Source: Zootoca vivipara (lineage: Eukaryota). Taken from it: a stretch of 64,000 nucleotides of DNA. The stretch covers positions 6,882,001 through 6,946,000 of the forward strand of contig NC_083283.1 in the NCBI RefSeq assembly GCF_963506605.1, given 5' to 3'. The translations under genes were made by a program, and so were the position numbers. Shown piece by piece: positions 1-11,369 of this stretch (position 1 is the stretch's first letter; each line of letters begins with the position of its first letter). The notes under the pieces are model-generated. The model saw only the letters and a list, made by a program, of their open reading frames with translations. It was not told where the DNA came from and did not search any database.

Positions 1-1438
1 GGGAGACAATTGGGGAGAGTTGGGGGAGGGGAAGAATATGCCATCAAGAATATGCACACACCCGGATTGCAGAATTTTTGTCTTCTTCCCCATTAAATAA
101 TGGTTGCTTGCAGAGAACATGAAGTCCTGGCGGGACTTGGTCAGTCACCTACTTCATACGCTGCCACGTGGTATGATCTTTTGAAGCCACCAGAGGAGCC
201 AATGCAGGCAAATGAATGGGTGGTTCTGCAACAGATACCATGCAACAATAGTTATTTATTTAACAACATTTACACAGTATGATCGTGTTCCAGGGGTGGT
301 GTGCATCTACAAAAAATGCATATACTCAAACCACTTCTTTGGAACTGCCCCCATTCTTATCTTTCTAGGACCATGCACTGAGTGGGCCATGCGTGAGAGC
401 ATCCTGGATAATATGCTAGGCAGAGAGCTTAAAAGCACTTTCTGCACCAGGAAAACTCTGTACAAAAAAAGAGTTTTTAAGCTCTACACCTTCTGTGCAT
501 TTCGTCTGTGTGATTTCTTGTTTCAACAGGCTTTTGGGATCTGATGGCTTTTAACAAAAGTGCTAGTGCTGTGTTGCTTTCATTGTAATTATTTGTACGG
601 TTTTAATAGATTATGTGTATACAGTTTTAATTCTATCAATGTTTAATGGTTTTTTAATGATTGGGTTTCCCCCCCCCCCGTGTTTTTAGTGGTCTGTATT
701 TTTACCTGTAAGCCACCTTGAGTCAGGCCAGCGAAGAAGGTGGGGTATGAATAAATCTCTAGTAACAATAATAATAATTTACACTGGCTGGCCTTCAGCC
801 ACATAAAGTCCAATTCACACATGATAAATGTGTGTAAGTTGCAATCATATTTATAATTGTAAAAAAGAAATACTCAAAGTGGTTTACGAAAAGATAGCAT
901 AGATACAGCATGTCAATTTCTCCTTCGGAACAGAATTTAGTTTTCCTTTTTCTCAACCCACCCTGTTTTTAGTATTATCTTGTACTATAGTGGTTACTAG
1001 AAAACAAGCTTTTCCCTTGCAGTTAGTCATCTTTGCAAAGCTGCTCAGAGAGGGTACATGCAAACTTTAAGGGATGTGCCATCCAAAATACTCAAGTAGT
1101 GTGGATCTCATTGATGGAAAAGATAGATATAACATACATGTGTGTCAGTGACCATCCTGCTATTACTTGGGTCCATGGTCACACTTGGAGAAATTTCAGA
1201 GGAACCCACCACTTAAATGTCAAAAACAGAGAAGGAGATCTGGAAAGGAATACAGTACAGTAGATGAATATGAGCAAAGTCTTTTAGAAATGGGTTGCTT
1301 TCATTTTGGTTAGGATGATGACAAAGAAGTTAAGCCAAAATCTTTAGAGAACAGGTTTTCTTTGAGGAGGATGTGAAGGAAGGGAGAATAGGAAGTGGCA
1401 TCAAAGAAGAGGAAAATGGACCACCCAAAATATCCTAC

Positions 1439-1720
1439 CTTATTCAATCCCACCTGGTTTCCCCCCACAAGGCTTGGGATCTTCTCTTAGAATTCTTGGG
1501 TCTGAATCAATCTCTCTTTTCTGGTTTCAAAAGAGATGTTGCCCATTCAGAAGGCAGCACTCAACCTTGGTCAGACAACATCAGAGAGATTTGTGTTTGT
1601 TCAGGAAAGGTGGGGTAGAAAACCGATATCCTGTTAAAATGTGCAAATCCATTAGCAGGTGCAGGTTCTCTTTCTCCTTCTGGGTTCTTCAGCAATCTTC
1701 TGCATGTGTGATCTGACTTC
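1439..1720 (-). promoter_or_regulatory. Putative 5'-UTR exon/promoter module of an MRGPR gene lying left of the window
   Basis: About 1240-1720 is similar to 18610-19140 upstream of the gene at 16039-17004, including a minus-strand donor (plus-strand CCTAC|CT at 1434-1440). Exon status is inferred. Confidence 0.45.
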
Positions 1721-2019
1721 CTATTTTTAATGGGTTGAGTTATGCAATGTATTGCTGGGTTGATATTGTGTATAATTTGATGTGTTGCATTGTATGTGTC
1801 ATTTGTTATGTGTTATGTGCCATTGTGCATTATGCATTACAGTGCAATCATCACACACAAGAATTCTGTTACAGGTGAAGTGTGTTTGTGCAAAATCCGT
1901 ACATAACCAAAAGCCTCTGGCTAACAATCTGGGGTGATGCCCTGCCCAAAGGCTCTCCCTGTGTCTCCACTGCTTTTCAGTGGTACTTCCGGTTATGAAC
2001 TTAATTCATTCCGGAGGTC

Positions 2020-3815
2020 ATAGAATCATAGAGTTGGAAGAGACCACAAGGGCCATCCAGTCCAACCCCCTGCCAAGCAGGAAACACCATCAAAGCATTC
2101 TTGACATATGGCTGTCAAGCCTCTGCTTAAAGACCTCCAAAGAAGGAGACTCCACCACACTCCTTGGTAGCAAATTCCACTGTCGAACAGCTCTTACTGT
2201 CAGGAAGTTCTTCCTCATGTTTAGGTGGAATCTTCTTTCTTGTAGTTTGAATCCATTGCTCCATGTCCGCTTCTCTGGAGCAGCAGAAAACAACCTTTCT
2301 CCCTCCTCCATATGACATCTGTCACAGTGGCCGGAGTGGGCTACTTCAGAGTAATGACTCTACACAGCTCTGCATTTTATCTTTTTATTGGTGCTGCGTA
2401 TTTACAGTGCTAAAGGCAGTGCTATTTACAGAGACACATCTTATCCGCTTGAATCAGAACCTCCGAATGGCGTTTGGCGCGTTTTTCTCCAACATAACAA
2501 CTTGGGGAGACCCATCCTCTTCCCCCTACGTTTTCTGCGCAATTCCGGAGTTGGGGGGACAGGTCTGCCCCCCTTGCTTCCCCCTTCCTGTCCCACCTGG
2601 GATGCTGGCTCTGCTACCCTGTCTGAGCCTCGGACCCCACTTCCTGTTTCCCCACTTGAGACGGAACTCTCCCTGCTTTCCCCTGCGCTCGGGGATGGGC
2701 TGGAACTCAGGAGGGGAGGGACTTCGCGATATCCCCTGTCCCTCACATCCACCCCCCTCCCAGGCCCCCCTTCTCCCCTCCCGAGGGGCTCCAAGGGCGT
2801 CGGTGACGACTGAAAGCCTAAAAACTCTGTGCTGTCCGAGCCGGTTGGTGTGAACACCTCTTCCCAATCCCTCGAGCTCCCTCCTTCCGCCTGAGAAGAC
2901 TGAAATCCCAAAAAGTCCGTGGCGTCAGAGCTGGTGGGGGTAAAAATACGCTGCCAGTCTGCCTCTTCCTCTGACAGGGTGGACCTCGGAGACGCCCATA
3001 CCTCTTCCTCCGGGTCCTCAAACTCCGCTTCCCATCTCCACAGTGAACTGCTCTCTGCGACCTCCTCCCCTTCCCCCTCCCTCTCCCTTTCCATGTGCCA
3101 GGACTTGGGCCTGTGTGGGAAGAGGGCGTGGAATTCTTCCACCAAGAATTCCTCCTGTATCTGAGTGGCTGGGACCCATTCATTCTGGGAAGGCGGGGCA
3201 TCCTCCCATGCCATGAGGTACTCCAGGCCCCCCACCCCTCTCCGTGAATCAAGGATGGCCGTGGCTTCATTGAGTTGCTCCCTGCCTCCCCTCTCCCCCC
3301 CTCCCTCGGGGGTCTGTTCGCGATATCCCCTGTCCCTCACAACATCCTTTCAAATATTTGAACATGGCTATCATATCACCCCTTAACCTTCTCTTCTCCA
3401 GGCTAAACATACCCAGCTCCCTAAGCCGTTCCTCGTAAGGCATCGTTTCCAGGCCTTTGACCATTTTGGTTGCCCTCCTCTGGACACGTTCCAGCTTGTC
3501 AGTATCCTTCTTGAACTGTGGTGCCCAGAACTGGACACAGTACTCCAGGTGAGGTCTGACCAGAGCAGAATACAGTGGTACTATTACTTCCCTAGATCTA
3601 GATGCTATACTATTGATGCAGCCCAGAATTGCATTGGCTTTTTTAGCTGCTGCATCACACTGCTGACTCATATCAAGTCTGTGGTCTACCAAGACTCCTA
3701 GATCCTTTTCACATGTACTGCTCTCAAGCCTGGTGTCACCCATCCTGTATTTGTGCCTTTCATATATTTTTTTGCCCAAGTGTAGTACCTTACATTTCTC
3801 CTTGTTAAAATTCAT
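2020..3815 (-). mobile_element. 5'-truncated CR1 LINE (RT C-terminus and 3' tail), interrupted by an LTR-like element
   Basis: Translation [14 protein letters not shown]...[15 protein letters not shown]...[16 protein letters not shown] continues after the insert as ...FLTVRAVRQWNLLPRSVVESPSLEVFKQRLD. CR1-type ATTCTATG tail at ~2020-2030. Confidence 0.9.
2320..3341 (-). mobile_element. Solo-LTR-like Gypsy (chromovirus) element encoding a chromodomain
   Basis: TG...CA termini and 5-bp TSD ACATC (2315-2319 / 3342-3346). Minus-strand AATAAA near 2385. ORF 3340-2441 contains AILDSRRGVGGLEYLMAWEDAPPSQNEWVPATQIQEEFLVEEFH. Confidence 0.8.
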
Positions 3816-4371
3816 CTGTTCTTAACATGAAACCGCTCTTAACCTGAGGCGCACTTTCGCTAATGTGGCCTCCCGCTGCCACCATGCCGCCGGCGCGTAA
3901 CTTCTGCTCGCATCCTGGGGCAAAGAGTTCACTACCAGGAGCATCTACTTCCGGATTAGCGGAACTCGTTACCTGAAGCATTTGTAAGGGGAAGGTATAT
4001 AACCCAAGGTTCCACTGTATTGGGAGGGAAGTAGCAAATTGCTTTTTCTCTTCTACAGTGTGTCAAAGCATGAAGGAGAGAGCAGGGAATGGCAACCAGC
4101 CTTCCTCTGCAGCTGCTACACAAGGGATAACAGAGGCAGAGAGAGAGACATGCAGAGGCTGACTGAAGCTCCATTCCAACTTCATTCGTCTGTTTTTCTG
4201 CCTGCATCACTCTCTGCCTCTCCCCTCCCTTCTACAACCAATGGAGCCTGTGTTTCTTCTGTCTCAGTCTGCCTCTGACACTTCCATGATCATCTAGCAG
4301 TATAAGGAGCCAGGAATCTTTTTCCTCTGTCTCTGTCTCTCCCTCTTCCATTCATATTATAAGCCTATCTA

Positions 4372-4945
4372 CCTTCTTTATTTGGTGATCACTCGTAGCC
4401 AAGTAAGATTGTCTTCCATAAACACGGTTTTAACAATGAGTCCGTAAGTGACTGGAGGCCAATTCTGGATCCACACGTCCTTCCACAGTGGGGACATTGG
4501 TTTCCGGGCTGGAGTTGATCACGGTGTGGATTTGCGAAGCGTGCCTTCCTCCTAGCATGTTTCTCCCTTGCATCCTGAGTTTGAGTGTCTTCAAAGCCCA
4601 ATACACCTTTGGTAAAGGCTGTTCTCCAACTGGAGCAGGCCAGTGTTTCCCAGTTGTCAGTGTTTATACTACATTTTTTTAGATTTGCCTTGAGACAGTC
4701 TTTAAACCTCTTTTGTTGACCACCAGCATTATGCTTTCCATTTATAACTTCGGAATATAGTAGTTGCTTTGGAAGACAATCATCAGGCATCTACACAATA
4801 TGACCAGTCCAACGAAGTTGATGATGAAGAATCATTGCTTCAACATTGGTGATCTTTGCTTCTTCCAGTACACTGATATTAGTTCGCCTGTCTTCCCAAG
4901 TGATGTGTAAATTTTTTGGGGAGACACCATTGATGGAATCTTCCG
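4372..4945 (-). mobile_element. RTE-clade LINE 3' fragment
   Basis: HITWEDRRTNISVLEEAK...QLRWTGHIV / MPDDCLPKQLLYSE...GGQQKRFKD...CPHCGRTCGSRIGLQS is a typical RTE ORF C-terminus, here with stops and frameshifts. Confidence 0.85.
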
Positions 4946-5239
4946 AGGAGTACCTACCTACCTGCCTACTTAATATACAGACCAATTATGTAACCATTTA
5001 TCCAATTCCTCCTCTACCCTGTGAACTGTTTCTATTTAAATGATTCTAACTCCACATATTTCAGTGATTTTCCTCCATAGGGAAGAAGGGTGAGATAACA
5101 ATTTTAAACTAAATAAAGTCTAATTCCACATCTTTAATTGCATTCTTTATCTCTGTTAAATGATAATTATATATCATTTAATCATCAAATATATATAATT
5201 GCTTTACACGTTTCTGTCCTTAACTAACACATTCTATCT

Positions 5240-5375
5240 CAGGCATCCCCAAACTGCGGCTCTCCAGATGTTTTGGCCTACAACTCCCATGATCCCTAGC
5301 TAACAGGACCAGTGGTCAGGGAATATGGGAATTGTAGTCCAAAACATCTGGAGGGCTGAAGTTTGGGGATGCCTG
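5240..5375. mobile_element. hAT MITE (136 bp)
   Basis: TIRs CAGGCATCCCCAAACT / AGTTTGGGGATGCCTG and a perfect 8-bp TSD TTCTATCT. Confidence 0.9.
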
Positions 5376-5559
5376 TTCTATCTAATAGCTAAAGCTAAAT
5401 GAACATATCAGACACCTTCAGAGATTGGGGGATTAGAGCTCCTTAGAATACATTCATTGTCCCAGTGTTACTTCCTACTGCAGAGGAGGTTTGGATTTTC
5501 TGAGAAACGGCCCATGTAGCCTCACATGAACATTGCTGGCCCCACCCCAAAATGTTCCA

Positions 5560-6335
5560 CACATTAATGAGATTTTCTGTCCTGCCCGGAATAAGTCTAC
5601 ATCTACTTCTGCAAAGCTGTTCAGATACACATGTAAATCCTTCCCCAGTATTTACATTGTCCAAAGTTTAAATGATACTGACACCAAAACTAGGATTTGC
5701 ATGGACAACTCCTTCAGTGAAAAATGCTGTTTTATTTTGGTTAGAATGCATTGGATAAATTCATGGGTTCATTTAAATTGTCACTGATAGCTGAAGGGAA
5801 GTAAACACAAGCTGTGTTTGGATGATAATTTGAGTCTTTGTAAATTGTTTATGATGCTATAAACAGGCATCGAGGCCAAGCACTTCTCACCATCCTTCAC
5901 TCCTGCTCTGTTGAACCAAGACTGGACCGCAGTTTCTTGGTGTGAAGAAACAGGGGACTGTAGCACAATGCAAGCCAGTATTCGCACCAAAGCTGACATG
6001 TCATGTAAGGAGGGAAAGTAGAGGGCAAAAAAGGCCAGTTCATCCCAGATATCATGAACACTGGCATGTGGAGCCTCAAAAGTATGCTGCCGTCCACACC
6101 TTAAAATGTGCCACACATTGGTATGCAGGTCTGCACTGCACTGAATAAATCCTCTGTCTATGTCTGCAAACCTGTTTGGATACACATGTAAATGCTTCCC
6201 CAGCATTTACATTGCCCAATGTTTAGATGACACTAAAACTAGGATTTGAATGAACAGCTCCCTGAATGTTTTCCTTTTGGTTAGAATCTATTTGATAAAT
6301 GCATAAGTTCATTTAAATTGCCATTGATAGCTGTT
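5560..6335. repeat. Diverged local direct repeat (~230 bp, two copies)
   Basis: About 5560-5793 resembles about 6105-6333 (GATACACATGTAAAT...AAACTAGGATTTG...TTCATTTAAATTG...GATAGCTG). Confidence 0.7.
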
Positions 6336-6999
6336 AGATTTGTATAATGCCATTATGATATCGGCAGTTTTATTTCCAATTCCTTTCTCAATGATCCCTA
6401 GCATGGAATTTGCCTTCCAAAGCACATTCTCTTGTATACTCCTGTTTAGAGCTATGCAAAGCCAAACCCACTATGGTTTTCAACACACCTTTGAAGAGAA
6501 ACAAAGCTGGGAGAAGATAGTGTTATAGATTGGGGAAACCCCACCCCACCCCGCAAACCCTGAAAATTAATAAATGGTAGGATTATGATTATTTGGGATG
6601 TGAATCAATATGGTGGAAGTGGAAATGTTATAAGTAGAGCACGATGGCTAAAATTCTGAACCAAATACACCTCACTGCAAAATGTTGTTTCAAGGACTAT
6701 GTATGCAACTATTGGGATATATGTATTTCAGTGTGCAAATGTTACTGTCTGAAATCCCTGACTGGATCCTGCTCTGCTTTCCATGGGCATCATTTCAACT
6801 GAAGAAATCAAATAAAAAAATTCATTTAATCAATGTTGCTACATAGATCCTTCGCATATGCCTGGTTGTTCAACGAATCTTTACCTAGCACCTTTCCCAG
6901 ATTGAGGAGGGACTTTAGAAGTCATTCTATGCAAACCCTGAGATCCATAACCCACAATGAACACAGGTCATCAAGGCTACAAGCAACTCAACACAAAGT

Positions 7000-7361
7000 T
7001 AAAGGTAAAGGGGCCCCTGACCATCAGGTCCAGTCATGTCCGACTCTGGGGTTGCGGCGCTCATCTTACTCTATAGGCCGAGGGAGCCGGCGTTTGTCCG
7101 CAGACAGCTTCCAGGTCATGTGGCCAGCATGACAAAGCTGCTTCTGGCGAACCAGAGCAGCGCACGGAAACTCCGTTTACCTTCCCGCTGGAGCGGTACC
7201 TATTTATCTACTTGCACTTTGATGTGCTTTCGAACTGCTAGGTGGGCAGGAGCTGGGGCCGAGCAATGGGAGCTCACCCCATCACAGGGATTTGAACCGC
7301 TGACCTTCTGATCAGCAAGCCCTAGACTCTGTGTTTTAACCCACAGCGCCACCTGGGTCCC
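7000..7361 (-). mobile_element. Sauria (Squam1-type) SINE
   Basis: Minus strand starts GGGACCCAGGTGGCGCTGTGG, has a tRNA-like B box (GGTTCAAATCC) and ends in an ACCTTT tail. Flanking AACACAAAGTTA duplication. Confidence 0.85.
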
Positions 7362-7459
7362 AGTAACACAAAGTTAGGCAGGTTTAATTAGTAGGAACTA
7401 GAAAGCTTCATTAGAAGAACTGGAATGATAAAGCTAGAAGTGACGATCATTTGGAGCCA

Positions 7460-8437
7460 TCATAGCTGAGTTTCAACGGAGATATCAAGTTTCTGTTGGG
7501 AGTTTTCTTCCTCTTTGAAAAGATTCTGGAGTGTGGCTTTCATGCTCTTCCTTGGTCTGCCTCTCTTCTGTCTTCCAATAAGGAAGTAGGTCAAACGGTT
7601 AACACTGCCGTTCATGCAGACACATAAGTAGACATAAAATGTACGATGTGGAAATGGGGAGTCAAAAACAAACAGGGCAATGTAAATGCCATTCAATGGA
7701 AAAGAAAAAAAGAGGAAGAAGAACAGAGTCAACAAGATGACTATCAGAAGCTTCCTCCGCCTCTGCTGTTGTGGTTTAAAGCAGAACTTGATGAAGAGAA
7801 CCAGAGTGGAGATAGTCATGAGTGGGAGGCAAAGGAAGCCATTTAAAATATACTGGTAAATGCTTATGTTCTGATAATCCATGTCAACAGTCAGCCAAAG
7901 AGTGAAGTTAGCAGCAGGGGGGAGGAAAGAGAGTACCCATATAATGGCACACACGGTGGTGGACAAATTCACTGGTCGGTGGCATCGATGCCAAAGTGGG
8001 AACAGGATGGACACACACCTGTCAATGCTAATTGCTATCAGTAAAAATTGCCCAGCATTGTACATGACTAAGAAGATATCATCAAATAATGCATACAGAA
8101 GGCCTATCCTATTACTATATCCAATCAAATAAATGCCCAGAATAAAGTTAGCTGTGAGTGACCCAAAGTCAGCAATGGAGAGGTTCAGGATAAAAGTGGT
8201 GAATTGGTTCCTCTTAATGCAGAAGCCAAGCAGCCAGATGACAGTCCCATTCCCCCAAAGCCCCAAAATGCTGATTAACATGCAGCTGATCATCAATATA
8301 TTTCGTTCTAGCTCATCACTTGATGCTGAATCATCATCACTGTGGCTATTGTTGTAGAAAACAGTTTCATTGTCTGCTCCATAATAGTCTTCTCCAGCAC
8401 TCAGAGGAGACACAGATGTTAGGCTTAAATTGGTCAT
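7460..8437 (-). CDS. Mas-related G protein-coupled receptor (MRGPR-like), 325 aa
   Basis: Seven hydrophobic segments; GLWGNGTVIWLL, ILNLSIADF, SIDRCVS-LFPLWHRCHRP, FSFP; TM7 reads NRLTY instead of NPxxY; ends ETQL. Splice-acceptor-like sequence ~46 nt upstream of the ATG. Confidence 0.9.
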   Translation of the reverse strand: MTNLSLTSVSPLSAGEDYYGADNETVFYNNSHSDDDSASSDELERNILMISCMLISILGLWGNGTVIWLLGFCIKRNQFTTFILNLSIADFGSLTANFILGIYLIGYSNRIGLLYALFDDIFLVMYNAGQFLLIAISIDRCVSILFPLWHRCHRPVNLSTTVCAIIWVLSFLPPAANFTLWLTVDMDYQNISIYQYILNGFLCLPLMTISTLVLFIKFCFKPQQQRRRKLLIVILLTLFFFLFFSFPLNGIYIALFVFDSPFPHRTFYVYLCVCMNGSVNRLTYFLIGRQKRGRPRKSMKATLQNLFKEEENSQQKLDISVETQL

Positions 8438-8689
8438 TGGCCAACCTTTCCTCTTTTGCTTCTTCTGGTGTAGACACTTCTGCCTGGGAAGGGAGAAAAG
8501 TTGGAATTTGTATTTACTAAAAAAATAATGATGATCTTTGTCATCTTTGTGTCAATTTGGGAGCCTATTCTTATTCTTGCATCTTCACCAACATGTATGC
8601 AATCAATAAAGGCTCTATTCTCTATGCTTTGAAGTGCTTTTTTTTTTTACACACCCACCCTTTTTATACATCTCTGTAGAGTAAATATA

Positions 8690-9045
8690 AAAAGGTAAAG
8701 GTAAAGGGACCCCTGACCATTAGGTCCAGTCGTGACCGACTCTGGGGTTGCGCGCTCATCTCGCATTATTGGCCGAGGGAGCCGGCGTATAGTTTCCAGG
8801 TCATGTGGCCAGCATGACAAAGCCGCTTCTGGCAAACCAGAGCAGCACATGGAAACGCAGTTTACCTTCCCGCTGTAGCGGTTCCTATTTATCTACTTGC
8901 ATTTTGACGTGCTTTCGAACTGCTAGGTTGGCAGGAGCTGTGACCAAGCAACGGGAGCTCACCCCGTCACAGGGATTCGAACCGCCGACCTTCTGATCAG
9001 CAAGCCCTAAGCTCAGTGGTTTAACCACAGCACCACCTGGGTCCC
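8690..9045 (-). mobile_element. Sauria SINE
   Basis: Same consensus as 7000-7361; TSD AGAGTAAATATA on both sides. Confidence 0.88.
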
Positions 9046-9537
9046 AGAGTAAATATATCTGTATGCAAAAGTGCTACATTTTTAATCCAACTAAATTTGC
9101 ATTGAAACAGGGCTCCCTCTCTCATCTCTGTCCCTGCAGACCGCATCTCATGGGGACAGTGTTTGCCAAGCTGTCACAGCTGATGTCATTTATAACTTCC
9201 AAAATGGCCCCAAATAGTGGCATGGGCTAAATGGGGATGACAGATGAGCCTGTTTGCCCCATGGGCCAGAGGTCCCCCACCCCTCCTTTATTACAGGCAT
9301 CTTGGTGGTCATTCAGTGGAGCCATCCACATTTGCAGAGGGACAACGGGGAGCTCACCTTGTGTCACAGCTGGGTGTCGGGCAGTTCAGAAGCTGCAGAA
9401 CAGAGCTTTGCTGGCTTGATCCAGTACAACCTCAAGCTCACTGTCCTAATGAATAAGGCAAACACAGAAACAGGAGACTTTTTAACTCCAAGGGTTGAGC
9501 CTAGTGCTAATGTACCAGACCAATGCTTCCTAGAGAA

Positions 9538-9695
9538 GGGGTTGTGGCTCAGTGGTAGAGCATCTGGCCTGCAAGCAGAAGGTCGCTGGTTCAATCCCTG
9601 GTGTCTAAGGTAGGACTGGGGAAACACCACTGTCTGAAAGCCTGGAGAACAGCTGCCAGCCAGTGTAGACAATACTGGGTTAGATGAACCAATGT
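9538..9695 (+). mobile_element. Old tRNA-derived SINE
   Basis: A box TGGCTCAGTGG and B box GGTTCAATCCC followed by a non-tRNA body. Relatives near 52075-52190 and 33330-33460. Confidence 0.6.
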
Positions 9696-9710
9696 CACCT
9701 GTTAACTAGT

Positions 9711-9890
9711 CATAGGAGCCAACTCCGAGGGCCCAAGGGGTCTTCCGCCCCCCATAAAATTTGAGGGGGTCGCCCCCCTCCAACGTTGATGGGCATTGCC
9801 ATTCAAATGGTGTGTGTGCATCGTGTCCTGCGATTGAGCAGGACAGGGCTTACTCCCCCCCCCAATATTTTATTTAAGTTGGCACCCCAG
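9711..9890. mobile_element. Degenerate hAT MITE
   Basis: CATAGGAGCCAACT / AGTTGGCACCCCAG termini; 8-bp TSD TAACTAGT / TAACCAGT. Inverted paralog at ~32385-32543. Confidence 0.6.
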
Positions 9891-10024
9891 TAACCAGTTC
9901 ACCCCAAGAGCCTGAACCTGTGCCTGTCTGCAAGAATAAAATGACCGCATACTTCTGCCACTGAGCAATGACTTCCCTCCTGCCCTTGGCAATGAAGAAC
10001 TTTGAATTTGAGTTGTTCACTTAC

Positions 10025-10270
10025 CTGTGGCAAACTCTGGATCAGGTATTCTGAATCAGAGAGACCAAGAGACAAAAAAATAATAATTCTGTGCTGGAAT
10101 AGCTTGCAATCAGGAAATTTGCAGAAACCAGAGAAACCTTGAGGTCCTGAGGGAAATTCAGTGTCTCAAGCTTACTGCAAAATATACCGGAACTCACACA
10201 AAACTCTTCATCTGTACTTGAACAGTTTGCCAGTATCATGTGATGAGGAAAATGATTGCCAGTGGGTTAT
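10025..10270 (-). promoter_or_regulatory. Putative non-coding 5' exon of the MRGPR at 7460-8437
   Basis: Minus-strand donor CAG|GTAAGT at 10025. Homologous blocks ending in donors lie upstream of other paralogs (28929, 42759, 52783, 55766). Confidence 0.55.
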
Positions 10271-10382
10271 CAAGATTGTCACCAGCAAACTTAGGAGGAG
10301 ATTCTTCCTAAGAATAGGTGGAAGAAAAGTAGGTTTCCAAGTGGTGGAGGAGGGTAAAATCAACTCTGACTATTTCAGGAGA

Positions 10383-10577
10383 CAGGTAGGTAGCCGTGTT
10401 GGTCTGACGTAGTCGAAATTAAATAAAAATAAAAATCCTTCCAGCAGCACCTTAAAGACCAACTTAGTTTTTTTTTATTTTGGTATGAGCTTGAAGTGTG
10501 CATGCACATGAAAGCTCATACCAAAATAAAAAACTTAGTTGGTCTTTAAGGTGCTGCTGGAAGGAATTTTTTTATTT
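10383..10577. mobile_element. Short Penelope-like insertion (inverted terminal-repeat pair)
   Basis: Inverted arms CAGCAGCACCTTAAAGACCAAC...TATGAGCTT / AAGCTCATA...GTTGGTCTTTAAGGTGCTGCTG; 12-bp TSD TATTTCAGGAGA. Confidence 0.8.
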
Positions 10578-11369
10578 TATTTCAGGAGAGATGCAGTGGT
10601 TGAACAGAATCATAAAAAGGCTTCTAAATTTCAATTCTTAACTGGGTTAGGATATGGAAAAGAGCACAAAACACTTTCAAGGCTATAGCAAATGTAAGAT
10701 GTCCCATAAATAAAATTTAAAAAGAAAATAATAAAGAAACAAAGGCCAAACTTTGGAGATGCCTCATAGCTGGAAATATTTGTTGGATTTGAAACAAAGT
10801 TACTACTGTTGCTTCTACTAGTTTCAAAATACTTTTTTGGGGGGGAGGGGTTCAGGCACAATTCTGAATTGCAGCAAAAGAATATTGACATGACAAGGGA
10901 GTTTTCTCAGGAGGGTTTTTCCCGTCATTTTTGATAATTTCAGGGAATTGAGATTTAGGAACACGGGGTGAGGGGAAACAAGAACATCCACTTTGTTTCT
11001 AGTACTGCTTCACCTTCAAGAATACTCTGTCTCTCATATCTACATTTCCAAGCAAAATAGATTTGATGATAGACCATAACTGTCTGACATTTAACTCCCG
11101 CTATCATGTGCCGAGGCTATGTTCATGTATTGGGAAGTACATATATATCAGATATCTATCTGCAATATCCTTGTGTTCAGTTCCCCCAGAGTCATTCTGT
11201 GCCTTTGTGTAATAACAGGTCAAACTGGAAGGGTAATTGAGGAAAAGGAAGGCCAGCTTCATAGTTTTGTTTACTGCACTTTGGGATGGAGCGAAGAGAT
11301 CATGTAAGAGAAACCTATGGCAGAATAATTTTGCATTTTGAGGAGATAGGTTGATAATTGGTTTGTATA

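Larger units (their letters stand above)
1978..4017. mobile_element. Tigger/pogo-like (Tc1-mariner) MITE split by a CR1 insertion
   Basis: Left part 1978-2019 (CAGTGGTAC...CCGGAGGTC) and right part 3817-4017 (TGTTCTTAAC...GTTCCACTG followed by TA). The rejoined junction matches the reverse complement of the uninterrupted relative at ~20508-20537. Confidence 0.7.

Noticed and set aside
9538-9610. tRNA gene
   Set aside because: A and B boxes are present, but there is no convincing cloverleaf and it continues into a SINE body.
10042-10239. Conserved 63-65 aa peptide (also 32040-32231)
   Set aside because: The similarity is explained by recent duplication, and the frame is broken in the other exon paralogs.
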